From Candidatus Jorgensenbacteria bacterium GW2011_GWB1_50_10 (GTDB lineage Bacteria > Patescibacteriota > Minisyncoccia > UBA6257 > GWB1-50-10): a stretch of 64,000 nt of DNA. The notes under the pieces were generated by a model. It made no database searches. It was given only the letters and a program-made list of their open reading frames with translations, and was not told the origin of the DNA. Position 1 is the first letter of the stretch. Every line of letters starts with the position of its first letter. Location: contig LCQK01000001.1 in NCBI GenBank assembly GCA_001004105.1, positions 38,928-102,927 of the forward strand, given 5' to 3'. Shown here one piece after another: positions 51,463-59,876 of this stretch. A program made the translations under genes and the position numbers.

Positions 51463-52274
51463 CTCTTGGCGCTGATTGGTCAGGGGGAGCAGGTAGCTCC
51501 ACCGTCCGTCCGTGTCTCGGTTTCCCGAGGCATTCTCTCAACCGCGAGGTTTTGAGAACCGGAGGTGAAACTACTACCTGCCCACACCCCGACCGTATGT
51601 GAAGAAAGTGAGGCTAGGAGGGGCTACAGCGTCTGCGAAAGGCCTTATTGGACTTCCCACTGGTTTCCCTGGGCATGTCCCCTTAAGCAGTTCGACCTGC
51701 GTTTCTTGGTCAGCTCTCTTGCGAGTGCTGCCGAGCTGCACAGTCTTACTCCCGCTGCAACCAACTACCGTCTTTGTGCCCACAGGGCTCTCGGCAATTT
51801 AATGACTTGCGTCCCGGGGGAACTTACGTTCCTCCGTGCCAGTCCCTTTTTTGGGTCGCCGCAGAACTTGCGTCCTACAGTTTCCCCGCGCGACTCTTAC
51901 GAGAGTCATTCGCGGTGGACAGATCCTCAAGAACTTCGGTGTTTGGGAACACCGCTGTTCCTTCGGGGCTCTCGCTCCCGAGTGACGGCAGTTTGAGGAT
52001 GCTTTCGGCGTCAGCAAAGGTTCAGTAGTTGTGTCGCAACCACTGACCGGATCCTTCTGGATCTTCTTTGGACCCTCTGCTAACTGAAGCTTGGGGCTTA
52101 CCGATGACCTGCCTCGCGGCTTGTTCCATTCCGAGAGGGAGGTAGCCTCCTGCGTCTCACTTCACTTCCAAAATGTAAATGTGCTGCGTAGTGTCCATAA
52201 TACACGGCTCATAAAAGCCGTCAAGCATAAGTCAAGGGCAAATGTGAAAAGAATGTTAATAGGGTGGGGATAGG

Positions 52275-53816
52275 TTAAATGAGCTGATTTAATAAGCTCT
52301 GGCCCGTCATTTCCGGGGGTTTAGGGATGTTCATCAGTTCTAAAATAGTCGGGGCGACATCGGCCAAGAGGCCGATGGTTTCGGGGTGGTGGAGGATTTC
52401 CTCCGGTTTCGGTTTTTGGAAATCCTTCCCCACGAGGTAGATCGGCACCGGATTCGCATTGTGTTTCGTTTCCGGTTCGCCGGTTCGGGGGTTTAAGACC
52501 TCTTCGGCGTTGCCGTGGTCGGACGTCACAATCATCACATGGTTTCCTTTTAGGACGGCGTCCACTAGCCGGTTTAGTTCTTTATCTACGGTTTTTATTG
52601 CTTGGACGGCGGCATCATAATTACCGGTGTGAGCGATAATGTCCGGATTAGCGTAGTTTACGAGAATGAAATCAAAACCACCCTCATTTAGAGCGACAAT
52701 CGCCCGATCGGTTACGGCGGAGGCCATCATTTCCGGGTGTTCTTCTTCCCTCACGGCTGTTTTCGAGGGAACAAGGACCCGGAATTCGTTGGGGTAGGGC
52801 TTCTCGCGCCCACCGTTGAAAAAATAGGTGACATGGGCGTATTTTTCGGTCTCGGCAATGCGGAGCTGATTCAAGCCCTTATCGGCCAAGACCTTGCCGA
52901 GCGGGTTTCCCACTCTTTCGCTGGGGAATGCGACTCTAGCCCTCCATTTATCTTCGTAGGCCGTCATAGTGACAATATAAAGATTGGAGAAAATTTTAAT
53001 AGGAAACTTGTCAAGTTTGGGGTTTAAGAAGGATTCGGCGATTTGTCGCATGCTGTCTTCCCGGAAGTTGAAGAAAATTAAAGCGTCGCCGTCTTTTATG
53101 GCGTGAGCTTCAAACGCCGTCGGTTCTATGAATTCATCGTCCAATTCCCTCGTGTAAGCACTTTTCACCGCCTCTTCGGGAGCGGAAATGGGTAAGTCGC
53201 CGGTCAAAGCCTTGTAAGCCGCTTCCGTTCTATCCCAGTGTCCATCGCGGTCCATGGCGTAATAACGCCCGGCCACACTCGCAATGGTGCCTACGCCGTT
53301 TTTTTGAACTTCGGCTTTTAATTTTCCCAATAATTCCATGAAAGATCGCGGCGGCGAATCCTTGCCGTCGGCAAAAACATGGATAAATAGATTTTGGCAA
53401 GATTCGCGTTTGGCCATTTCAATTAAAGCGGCGAGATGTCTGAAGGAAGCGTGGACATTGCCGCTCGTTAAGAGGCCCGCTAAGTGGACGGCGGAGTTCT
53501 TCTCGCGCGCGCGAGCGAAAGCCTCTTTCAGGAATTTGTTTTTAAAAAAAGAGCCGTCCTCAATTTTCATCATTATCCGCGGGTAATGCTGATAGATGAT
53601 TTTGCCGGCACCCAAAGTGAGGTGCCCCACCTCACTATTACCCTCCTCTTCAAAGGGGAGACCAATGGCGACGCCGGAGGCTTGGAGAGCCGCAGCCGGA
53701 AAGGAACTCTCCAGAAATTTAATGGTTTCAGGACTCGCGGCATGGATAGGATTAGATTCAATGAGTTTCCCGAGACCCCAGCCATCCAAAATCGTTAAAA
53801 CGTAGGTTCTTTTCAT
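52275..53816 (-). CDS. gpmI: 2,3-bisphosphoglycerate-independent phosphoglycerate mutase
   Basis: 513 aa iPGM; alkaline-phosphatase-like metal-binding motifs (DGWG, SDHGN). Confidence 0.92.
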   Translation of the reverse strand: MKRTYVLTILDGWGLGKLIESNPIHAASPETIKFLESSFPAAALQASGVAIGLPFEEEGNSEVGHLTLGAGKIIYQHYPRIMMKIEDGSFFKNKFLKEAFARAREKNSAVHLAGLLTSGNVHASFRHLAALIEMAKRESCQNLFIHVFADGKDSPPRSFMELLGKLKAEVQKNGVGTIASVAGRYYAMDRDGHWDRTEAAYKALTGDLPISAPEEAVKSAYTRELDDEFIEPTAFEAHAIKDGDALIFFNFREDSMRQIAESFLNPKLDKFPIKIFSNLYIVTMTAYEDKWRARVAFPSERVGNPLGKVLADKGLNQLRIAETEKYAHVTYFFNGGREKPYPNEFRVLVPSKTAVREEEHPEMMASAVTDRAIVALNEGGFDFILVNYANPDIIAHTGNYDAAVQAIKTVDKELNRLVDAVLKGNHVMIVTSDHGNAEEVLNPRTGEPETKHNANPVPIYLVGKDFQKPKPEEILHHPETIGLLADVAPTILELMNIPKPPEMTGQSLLNQLI

Positions 53817-53917
53817 AAAACGCTTCTAATCTATTCTAAATCATTCTTGACCGGAGTGCCTAATCGGCTTATAATGGAAATCACCAAAGTCGATGCAAAT
53901 CAATTACTTAAATTTAT

Positions 53918-55447
53918 ATGTTTGGAGGATTAAACCCACTCGTGGGATTGGGGCTTTTGGTTTTGGGAGCAGTTATCGGTTACTTCGTGAGACGCACCCT
54001 GGCCTTGAGTCAACTTTCATCTCTAGAGCGGAAAACTCGGGAAGAACTGGAGTCGGCCGAATCAAAGGCTAAAGAAACAATCTTAGCGGCCAAAAGCGAA
54101 GCCGCCTCGATAATCGAAGAAGCCCAAAAAGAAGAGCGGGAGCAGAAATATGAGCTCCGGCGTCTTGAAGAGCGTCTTTTGAACAAGGAGGACTCCTTAG
54201 CTAAGGAAAAAACCGATCTGGAAAAACGGGAAGCGGCCGTTCACGAAGAAGCTCTTCGTGTTAAAAGTGTTGAGGAAAAAGCGCGGGTGGCGGAAGAAAA
54301 AGTCATTAAGGAGATAGAAAAGGTGGCTGGCCTCACGCGGGAAGAAGCAAGAGGAAAAATATTTGAAGAATTCGAAACCGAACACCGGGGGGAACTCGCC
54401 GAGATGCTCGCCAAACTTGAGCACGAAAAGAAAGAGGCAGTGGAGGCAAAAGCCGGGGAAATCATCACCTCCGCCATTCAGCGTTACGCCCGTTCGTCAA
54501 TTGCCGATGTGACGACCACCGTTTTCAGTCTGCCCGGCGAAGAAATCAAGGGTAAAATCATCGGCCGCGAAGGCCGCAATATCCGGGCTTTTGAGCGTTT
54601 GACCGGCGTGGAAGTGATAATCGACGAGACGCCGGAGAGTCTGCTTTTATCTTCTTTCGACCCGATGCGGCGGGAAATGGCCAAAATGGCTTTGGAGAAA
54701 CTCATTGCCGACGGTCGCATTCAGCCCGCCAAAATTGAAGAGAAAGTTGAGGAAGCAAGGCAGGAGCTCGAAGCGCGGATTGAGAAAATTGGTGAGGAAT
54801 CAGCCTACGAGGTAGGAATACTTGATTTGCCGAAGGAGATCCTAAAGCTCCTCGGCCGCCTCAATTACCGCACCAGCTACGGCCAGAACGTCCTGCTTCA
54901 CTCCATTGAGATGACCCATATCGCCGGGATGATTGCGGCGGAGCTTCGTCTGAACGTTGAAGTGGCCAAACGCGGAGCGCTCCTTCACGACATCGGCAAG
55001 GCGATTGACCACGAAGTGGAAGGGACGCACGTGGAACTCGGCCGGAAGATTTTAAAGAAGTATGGCATCGCCGACGAAGTCATTAAGGCCATGGAAGCCC
55101 ATCACGAAGAATTTCCTTACGCCACCCCTGAATCCTACGTGGTCGCGGCCGCCGATGCTATTTCTGCTGCCCGCCCCGGCGCCCGGCGCGACACACTTGA
55201 GAAATATTTGAAGCGCTTGGAAGACATTGAGAAAGTGGTGAAAACCTTTGAAGGAGTGAAAGAGGCCTACGCCGTCGCCGCCGGCCGGGAAGTCCGGGTG
55301 TTCGTGACGCCGGAAAAAATCGACGACTTCGGGGCGCTGCAGCTCGCCAAACAAATTGCGGCGAAGATCCAGTCCGACGTTCAGTATCCGGGAGAGATAA
55401 AAGTGACGGTTGTCCGGGAAATGAAGGCGGTGGAAGTGGCAAGATAG
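53918..55447 (+). CDS. rny: Ribonuclease Y (N-terminal TM, coiled coil, KH and HD domains)
   Basis: KH motif IIGREGRNIRAFERLTGV, HD domain HSIEMTHIAG...LLHDIGKA; 509 aa. Confidence 0.9.
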   Translation: MFGGLNPLVGLGLLVLGAVIGYFVRRTLALSQLSSLERKTREELESAESKAKETILAAKSEAASIIEEAQKEEREQKYELRRLEERLLNKEDSLAKEKTDLEKREAAVHEEALRVKSVEEKARVAEEKVIKEIEKVAGLTREEARGKIFEEFETEHRGELAEMLAKLEHEKKEAVEAKAGEIITSAIQRYARSSIADVTTTVFSLPGEEIKGKIIGREGRNIRAFERLTGVEVIIDETPESLLLSSFDPMRREMAKMALEKLIADGRIQPAKIEEKVEEARQELEARIEKIGEESAYEVGILDLPKEILKLLGRLNYRTSYGQNVLLHSIEMTHIAGMIAAELRLNVEVAKRGALLHDIGKAIDHEVEGTHVELGRKILKKYGIADEVIKAMEAHHEEFPYATPESYVVAAADAISAARPGARRDTLEKYLKRLEDIEKVVKTFEGVKEAYAVAAGREVRVFVTPEKIDDFGALQLAKQIAAKIQSDVQYPGEIKVTVVREMKAVEVAR

Positions 55448-55520
55448 TCCCCAAGCCAAAATCTGCTATAATAAAAGCGGTTAAAATTCAGGCAAAAGGT
55501 CGGTTATTCCAATAAAACAA

Positions 55521-55796
55521 ATGAAAAAAGACGATCTTGTAGAAGTAGTGATGAAAGTCGCCAGTATTGAAACCAAAAAGCAGGCGACCGACGCGGTTGA
55601 GGCGGTTTTTGACACAATTGTTAAAACCCTAGGTCGCGGCGAAGAAGTGGCGATTACCGGCTTCGGCAGCTTCCGGGTGGCAAAGCGGGCGGCCAGAATG
55701 GGTGTTAACCCCAAAACCGGCGAAAGAATCCAAATCGCCGCTTCCACTAAACCAAAATTCAGAGCAGGTAAGCTCCTAAAGGAAGCGGTTAAATAG
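55521..55796 (+). CDS. hup: DNA-binding protein HU
   Basis: MKKDDLVEVV...GFGSFRVAKRAARMGVNPKTGERIQI arm region; 91 aa. Confidence 0.88.
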   Translation: MKKDDLVEVVMKVASIETKKQATDAVEAVFDTIVKTLGRGEEVAITGFGSFRVAKRAARMGVNPKTGERIQIAASTKPKFRAGKLLKEAVK

Positions 55797-55802
55797 TTTA
55801 CT

Positions 55803-55859
55803 TACCTCTAGAGGTAAACCAAAAATCCGTCCTTCGATAAACTCGGGACGGATTTTTGG
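55803..55859. terminator. Tandem hairpins after hup: TACCTCT|AGAGGTA palindrome and 14-bp stem CCAAAAATCCGTCC...GGACGGATTTTTGG (bidirectional terminator between hup and convergent gene)
   Basis: Perfect 14-bp stem with A/T-rich flanks both directions. Confidence 0.55.
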
Positions 55860-55897
55860 TTCTTTATTTCCCTTGCGCCCGCCTGAGGCGGGCAGGC

Positions 55898-55918
55898 CCG
55901 CCTGCCGGCAGGCAGGGG
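55898..55918. repeat. REP-like palindrome CCCGCCTGCC-GGCAGGCAGGG (copy 2), preceded by hairpin GCCCGCC-TGAG-GCGGGC (55877-55893)
   Basis: Near-identical to 42418-42437. Confidence 0.5.
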
Positions 55919-55921
55919 TAA

Positions 55922-56833
55922 TCAGAGTAATTTCCTCACCAAATTACTCATTTCAATAAAGATTTGGTAGGCCCCTTTGATTTGACTCAAAGAGGATTCC
56001 ACCAAATCCTTTATTGACGAGGTTCTGAAAATCGGCGAACTTGTCGCGTTCGCGTCGGTACTCGTTGAACTCGTTGCTGTCGAGGTTGCAAAAAGCGGTG
56101 CATTCATCAAGGTGGAAGTGGCCGCTGGAACTGAACTGGTCGTGGTCGTTTCGTTTTCGATGTTCCGCAGTGCAATCGGGAGGATATATTGATTCCAGAA
56201 AAAATCATTAGCTTCCTTATTTAAGTCCGCGGCCTCATTTATTTTCTTATCGGCATCACCGAGCAGTTCCTGAAGTTGGGCGGCGCCCTTAATCTTTGCC
56301 TTCAGAAGAGCAAGGACGTCCTTGCGAATTCGTTCAGAGCGCTTCATGGCTGTCTCCACAGCTTTCTGTTCCTGAAGAATCAGTAGGTAAGAGTCGGCCT
56401 CACTGGAGGCGGCAATATAGTTTTTGTCCCGCCACTCCTTGAAATCGCTCGCAATTTTTTTGATGGTTTCGAGATTAATTTTATTGGTATCATCCAAACT
56501 TTCTTTTTGGTCTTCGTAATAATCAATGGCTTTGTTTAGGGAAGAGACGATCGAATCCCGCCAGAGCGCCACTTCTTTGGAAAGTTTGTCCAAGGCCAAG
56601 AGCTTGATTTTCATATCCTTGGCTTCGGAAATGGAGAAATCAACAACCTTCTTGAAAGTTTCAATTCTTAAACTCAGATCGTCGGTTTGCCCCTCGTCTT
56701 TGGCTGTCACTAAATCTTGGACCTGGCCCTGCACGTCCTTTAAGGCGTTTTGAACTGCTGAGGATTGGGCGTTTGCAGTGCCCGCAGAAATGAGCGAGAT
56801 AATTAAAAAAACGATTGTGAAATTAATTTTCAT
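55922..56833 (-). CDS. Secreted coiled-coil hypothetical protein
   Basis: Signal peptide MKINFTIVFLIISLISAGTANA; heptad-rich, Ser/Thr-rich C-terminus. Confidence 0.5.
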   Translation of the reverse strand: MKINFTIVFLIISLISAGTANAQSSAVQNALKDVQGQVQDLVTAKDEGQTDDLSLRIETFKKVVDFSISEAKDMKIKLLALDKLSKEVALWRDSIVSSLNKAIDYYEDQKESLDDTNKINLETIKKIASDFKEWRDKNYIAASSEADSYLLILQEQKAVETAMKRSERIRKDVLALLKAKIKGAAQLQELLGDADKKINEAADLNKEANDFFWNQYILPIALRNIENETTTTSSVPAATSTLMNAPLFATSTATSSTSTDANATSSPIFRTSSIKDLVESSLSQIKGAYQIFIEMSNLVRKLL

Positions 56834-56837
56834 ATTC

Positions 56838-57311
56838 TTAAAAAATAACGGAATTAAGTAGATCGTCTATTTCCGGATTGGTTGATTTCTGGACATCTAT
56901 GCTTTCTTCCTCCGATTCTAAAAGCGTTTGATTTAAGTGCTTCACGCTCGTGTTCGTTATTTCGCCCAGCGCCGAAGCAATGGCTTGATTAGCGTTTTGC
57001 TGATATTCCACTTCCTGAAGCTGAACGTTGATGGTAAGTCCCGCAAATTCCTGGCTCAGGTTTTCCGGGTTGAAAGCCGCTGAGACCGTCGGTTTGGATG
57101 GGACAAAAATAACGTAAGAAGCTACAACGACAAGGACAACGGCCGCGAAACTCAATGCCGGCGCAAGGCGCGGCAAGCTTAAAAAGCCGTAAAAATGGTT
57201 GGGTTTCGCGCTCGCGAGAATTGAGGTTTTTGAAGTTTCGGCAAAAGCCCGGTTCGGCTTGAGAAACCTTAATTTTCGAAGCTCGTTGATTATTTGGTCA
57301 TAGTTTGTCAT
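56838..57311 (-). CDS. Single-pass membrane protein downstream of ECF sigma (candidate anti-sigma factor)
   Basis: Contiguous with the sigma gene; cytoplasmic N-domain, one TM (LSFAAVVLVVVASYVIFV), extracytoplasmic C-domain. Confidence 0.4.
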   Translation of the reverse strand: MTNYDQIINELRKLRFLKPNRAFAETSKTSILASAKPNHFYGFLSLPRLAPALSFAAVVLVVVASYVIFVPSKPTVSAAFNPENLSQEFAGLTINVQLQEVEYQQNANQAIASALGEITNTSVKHLNQTLLESEEESIDVQKSTNPEIDDLLNSVIF

Positions 57312-57847
57312 TACTGTTCCAATATCTTTTTGATTTGTTTTAAGGCCCGGTGCTGGATGACTCTTACCGCGCCTTCGCTTTTTCCTAAGATTCCGGCAAT
57401 CTCCTTATTGGAAAGCTCGTCAACGAACTTCATTATAAGGAGGTTCTGGTGGTCTTCATCGAGAAGCCTCAACGCTCCCCAGATAAGCTTCAGTTCCAAT
57501 TTTTTATCTATTTTTTCGCCGATGTCCGGCAAATCAGACAAAAGATTTTCGGAAACGAGTTCGATGTTAACGTTCACTTTATTGGTTCGCCAATGGTCAA
57601 CGACGGCGTTTCTCGCAATTTTATAGAGCCAGCTTGAGAAAGGAAAACCCTTCTCCCGGTAGTTGCCGATATTCTGCCAGGCGGAGAGGAAAACCTGATG
57701 GCAAATATCCTCGGCATCGACCCGGGTTCCAACCTTCAAAAGGATAAACCGATAGATAGCCGGAAGGTGCCTATCGTAAATTTCCCCAAACGCCCCATTG
57801 TCTCCTTTTTGGGCTTTTTTAACGAGCTCGGACTCTTCTTTTGTCAT
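57311..57847 (-). CDS. RNA polymerase sigma-70 factor, ECF subfamily
   Basis: Region 2 (FLSAWQNIGNY...WLYKIARNAVVDHWR) and region 4 HTH (LSNKEIAGILGKSEGAVRVIQHRALKQIKK). Confidence 0.85.
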   Translation of the reverse strand: MTKEESELVKKAQKGDNGAFGEIYDRHLPAIYRFILLKVGTRVDAEDICHQVFLSAWQNIGNYREKGFPFSSWLYKIARNAVVDHWRTNKVNVNIELVSENLLSDLPDIGEKIDKKLELKLIWGALRLLDEDHQNLLIMKFVDELSNKEIAGILGKSEGAVRVIQHRALKQIKKILEQ

Positions 57848-57971
57848 AGGTAAAACGATTGATTTTGAATAATGTTTCTTTTGTCCCGTAACGGATTAGG
57901 ATTGATTGTAACGTTACAGTTGAAATCTAACAAATAAAGAAAGTTATAGCAATTGAGCGGGATACCGGAAT

Positions 57972-58013
57972 CCCTGCCTGCCGCCTGCCTGCCGGTAGGC
58001 AGGGCAGGCAGGG
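57972..58013. repeat. REP-like palindrome, extended/duplicated form CCCTGCCTGCCGCCTGCCTGCC-GGTAGGCAGGGCAGGCAGGG (copy 3)
   Basis: Same family as 42418-42437 and 55898-55918. Confidence 0.5.
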
Positions 58014-58033
58014 AACCGGCGCTGCCAGTATTC

Positions 58034-58108
58034 TGGTGCGGGATGCGAGAATTGAACTCGCGTCTTCAGTTTGGAAAACTGATGTATTAGCCACTATACG
58101 AATCCCGC
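58034..58108 (-). tRNA. tRNA-Gly (anticodon TCC), CCA encoded
   Basis: Hand-folded: acceptor GCGGGAT/ATCCCGC, anticodon stem TCAGT/ACTGA loop TTTCCAA, T-loop TTCAATT, 3' ACCA. Confidence 0.85.
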
Positions 58109-58140
58109 CGTTGTAAGATAATGCTTACATATTTAGAGGA

Positions 58141-58785
58141 GTGTTTTCAAGGACATATGCTAATATTCTATTTGTGAAGTCTAGAACCAATTTTATCTGG
58201 AAGCACAAAGTTTTCTGGGTTACCGTTGTTTCTCTAATCGTTCTTTTTATTGTTTTCTATATTCTCGCCAAATGGAGCGCACCCGTTAGTCTGCCGCCGG
58301 AATTTCTATTGGCAAGGCAGGAAGCAGCCTCCGTTAGCGAGAAAATCGTTTCCCTTACGAACGCTACTAATAATAAAATCAAAGCCGTAAATATTTCCGA
58401 TCTTGACGGTAATGTCGCTGCGGCCCGCAATCTTCTTGAAGAAGCGCGGAATGACAACGGCGCGGCCTACGCCCAAGCTTTTGAGCTTTCCCAATATCTT
58501 CAACGAATCGCCGAGTCAATGAAACAGGTTTCGTCCGTAAAAAGCCAGCGTTTGGCTTATGAAGCGGTATCAATCGAACTTTCACTGGTTTCCGAATTCA
58601 TAACTTATACCCAAAATTTAAACGAATTTTTGAATAGTTTGTCGCGAGCTCTCGCGATGGAAAACCCTTCGGACCGACAACTGGTTTTGAACCGTCTTGA
58701 TGACGTCAATCGGAACGTCAATAAAATAAATTCCCTGAATCAGGAATTTCTCTCTAAAATCAGTGAGTTTGATAGGTCGCTTTAG
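58141..58785 (+). CDS. Membrane-anchored hypothetical protein (214 aa)
   Basis: N-terminal TM (VTVVSLIVLFIVFYILA), helical soluble domain; no family. Confidence 0.5.
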   Translation: MFSRTYANILFVKSRTNFIWKHKVFWVTVVSLIVLFIVFYILAKWSAPVSLPPEFLLARQEAASVSEKIVSLTNATNNKIKAVNISDLDGNVAAARNLLEEARNDNGAAYAQAFELSQYLQRIAESMKQVSSVKSQRLAYEAVSIELSLVSEFITYTQNLNEFLNSLSRALAMENPSDRQLVLNRLDDVNRNVNKINSLNQEFLSKISEFDRSL

Positions 58786-58788
58786 CAG

Positions 58789-58860
58789 CGTCCCCACGAG
58801 GAATCGAACCCCGATCTACTCCTTAGAAGGGAGCCGTTCTATCCGTTGAACTATGGGGAC
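58789..58860 (-). tRNA. tRNA-Arg (anticodon TCT)
   Basis: Hand-folded: acceptor GTCCCCA/TGGGGAC, D-arm TAGTTCAACGGATAGAAC, anticodon loop CTTCTAA, T-loop TTCGATT; no encoded CCA. Confidence 0.85.
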
Positions 58861-58917
58861 TCAAATTCAGCGCTAATGTTGATTCTAAACCAAAAATCTA
58901 ATAGTTTAAAGGAGAAT

Positions 58918-58988
58918 CGGGGCGTAGTGTAACGGCAGCACGAGTCCTTTGGGAGGATTTAGTCCGAGTTCAAATCCCGGCGCCCCGA
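58918..58988 (+). tRNA. tRNA-Pro (anticodon TGG), C1:G72 acceptor pair
   Basis: Hand-folded: acceptor CGGGGCG/CGCCCCG, anticodon stem AGTCC/GGATT loop TTTGGGA, T-loop TTCAAAT. Confidence 0.8.
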
Positions 58989-58995
58989 CAAAATT

Positions 58996-59736
58996 TTACT
59001 CCGGAAAAATTACACCAATAAACCAAAGCAACGCTAATCCTATAAGAATTAGAAGAAAATGAGTAAATTCTTGAGGCCTTGTTTTATGATGAATCTCGGG
59101 CATTAAATCTGAAACAGCAATGTAAATGAAAATGCCGCTCGCGAAAGCGGTAAGGTAAGGGATAACACCGTTTAGTAGTGGGAGGGCGAGATAGCCGAGG
59201 ATTGCACCTACGGGTGTGGTGAGGGCAGTGAAAAAATTATAAAGAAGTACCTTGGTTTTGGTATAACCGGCATGAAGGAGGACGCCGAAGTCGCCGATTT
59301 CTTGTGGCACTTCATGGAAGAAGATAGCAATGGTCGCGGCGACGCCGACTGGTACTCCCAAACTGAAACTCAAAGCGATGATGATGCCGTCAATAAAGTT
59401 GTGAATCGCGTCGCCGAAGAGCACCGCGCTTGAGAAAGTGTGAAGGTCGCAGGTTTCGCGGTCGTGGCAGTGATACCACCTTAAGAATTTTTCAAAAACA
59501 AAAAGAACAAGAATACCCAGGACGACGAAAACGAAAATGTTACCGGTTCCGCCCGCCTCCGCCAGCGCTTCTGGAATAAGGTCAAAAAAAGCTGCACCCA
59601 TCAAGCTACCGACCGCAAAACTGACCAGAAGGAGGGAAAGGCTTCTCGCCAAACGCTCTTTAGCAAGCAGTAAAACTCCGCCGACTAGGGCGAAAACGCT
59701 GCCAATTAAACTCGCGGTTAGAATCTGTAAGAACAT
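58996..59736 (-). CDS. zupT: ZIP-family zinc/divalent metal transporter (ZupT-like)
   Basis: ZIP signature HEVPQEIGDFGVLLHAG and HNFIDG motifs, 8 TM. Confidence 0.85.
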   Translation of the reverse strand: MFLQILTASLIGSVFALVGGVLLLAKERLARSLSLLLVSFAVGSLMGAAFFDLIPEALAEAGGTGNIFVFVVLGILVLFVFEKFLRWYHCHDRETCDLHTFSSAVLFGDAIHNFIDGIIIALSFSLGVPVGVAATIAIFFHEVPQEIGDFGVLLHAGYTKTKVLLYNFFTALTTPVGAILGYLALPLLNGVIPYLTAFASGIFIYIAVSDLMPEIHHKTRPQEFTHFLLILIGLALLWFIGVIFPE

Positions 59737-59793
59737 TTTGACTGTTAAATTATTTCTTATTATACTAAAAATCCGAACCCATTAATATCTGAA

Positions 59794-59865
59794 GCCGCGG
59801 TAGCTCAGTGGTAGAGCTTTCGCCTGAAGAGCGAAGAGTCGTCAGTTCGATTCTGACCCGCGGCA
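59794..59865 (+). tRNA. tRNA-Phe (anticodon GAA)
   Basis: GCCGCGGTAGCTCAGTGGTAGAGC...anticodon stem TTCGC/GCGAA loop CTGAAGA...GTCAGTTCGATTCTGAC CCGCGGC A. Confidence 0.88.
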
Positions 59866-59876
59866 CACTCTTTATT

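Larger units (their letters stand above)
51137..52274 (-). ncRNA. Unassigned ~1.1 kb GC-rich, ORF-poor, highly structured region: candidate large ncRNA and/or riboswitch-containing leader (minus strand)
   Basis: GC content clearly above flanking genes; only short overlapping all-frame ORFs with low-complexity translations; many GNRA-capped hairpins (ctcgg-GAAA-ccgag); 11-bp helix GTCGAGGCGCC/GGCGCCTCGAC; two tandem minus-strand intrinsic terminators. Confidence 0.3.

Noticed and set aside
51565-51996. 143-aa plus-strand ORF (and five other overlapping ORFs at 51154-52273 on both strands) inside the GC-rich region
   Set aside because: Translations are low-complexity (R/S/P/C/W-rich), overlap each other in several frames, lack starts with plausible context, and coincide with extensive RNA-like secondary structure. 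Treated as non-coding.
51137-52274. Possibility that the region is an rRNA fragment, RNase P RNA or group II intron
   Set aside because: It is only 1.1 kb and flanked on both sides by protein genes, too short for 16S or 23S. Short similarities to 23S (GGATGC...GGC) and RNase P motifs (GGGAAGUCC; ACAGAACG) are in the wrong order and spacing. No GUGYG...domain V pattern was found. Left as unassigned pending a covariance-model scan.
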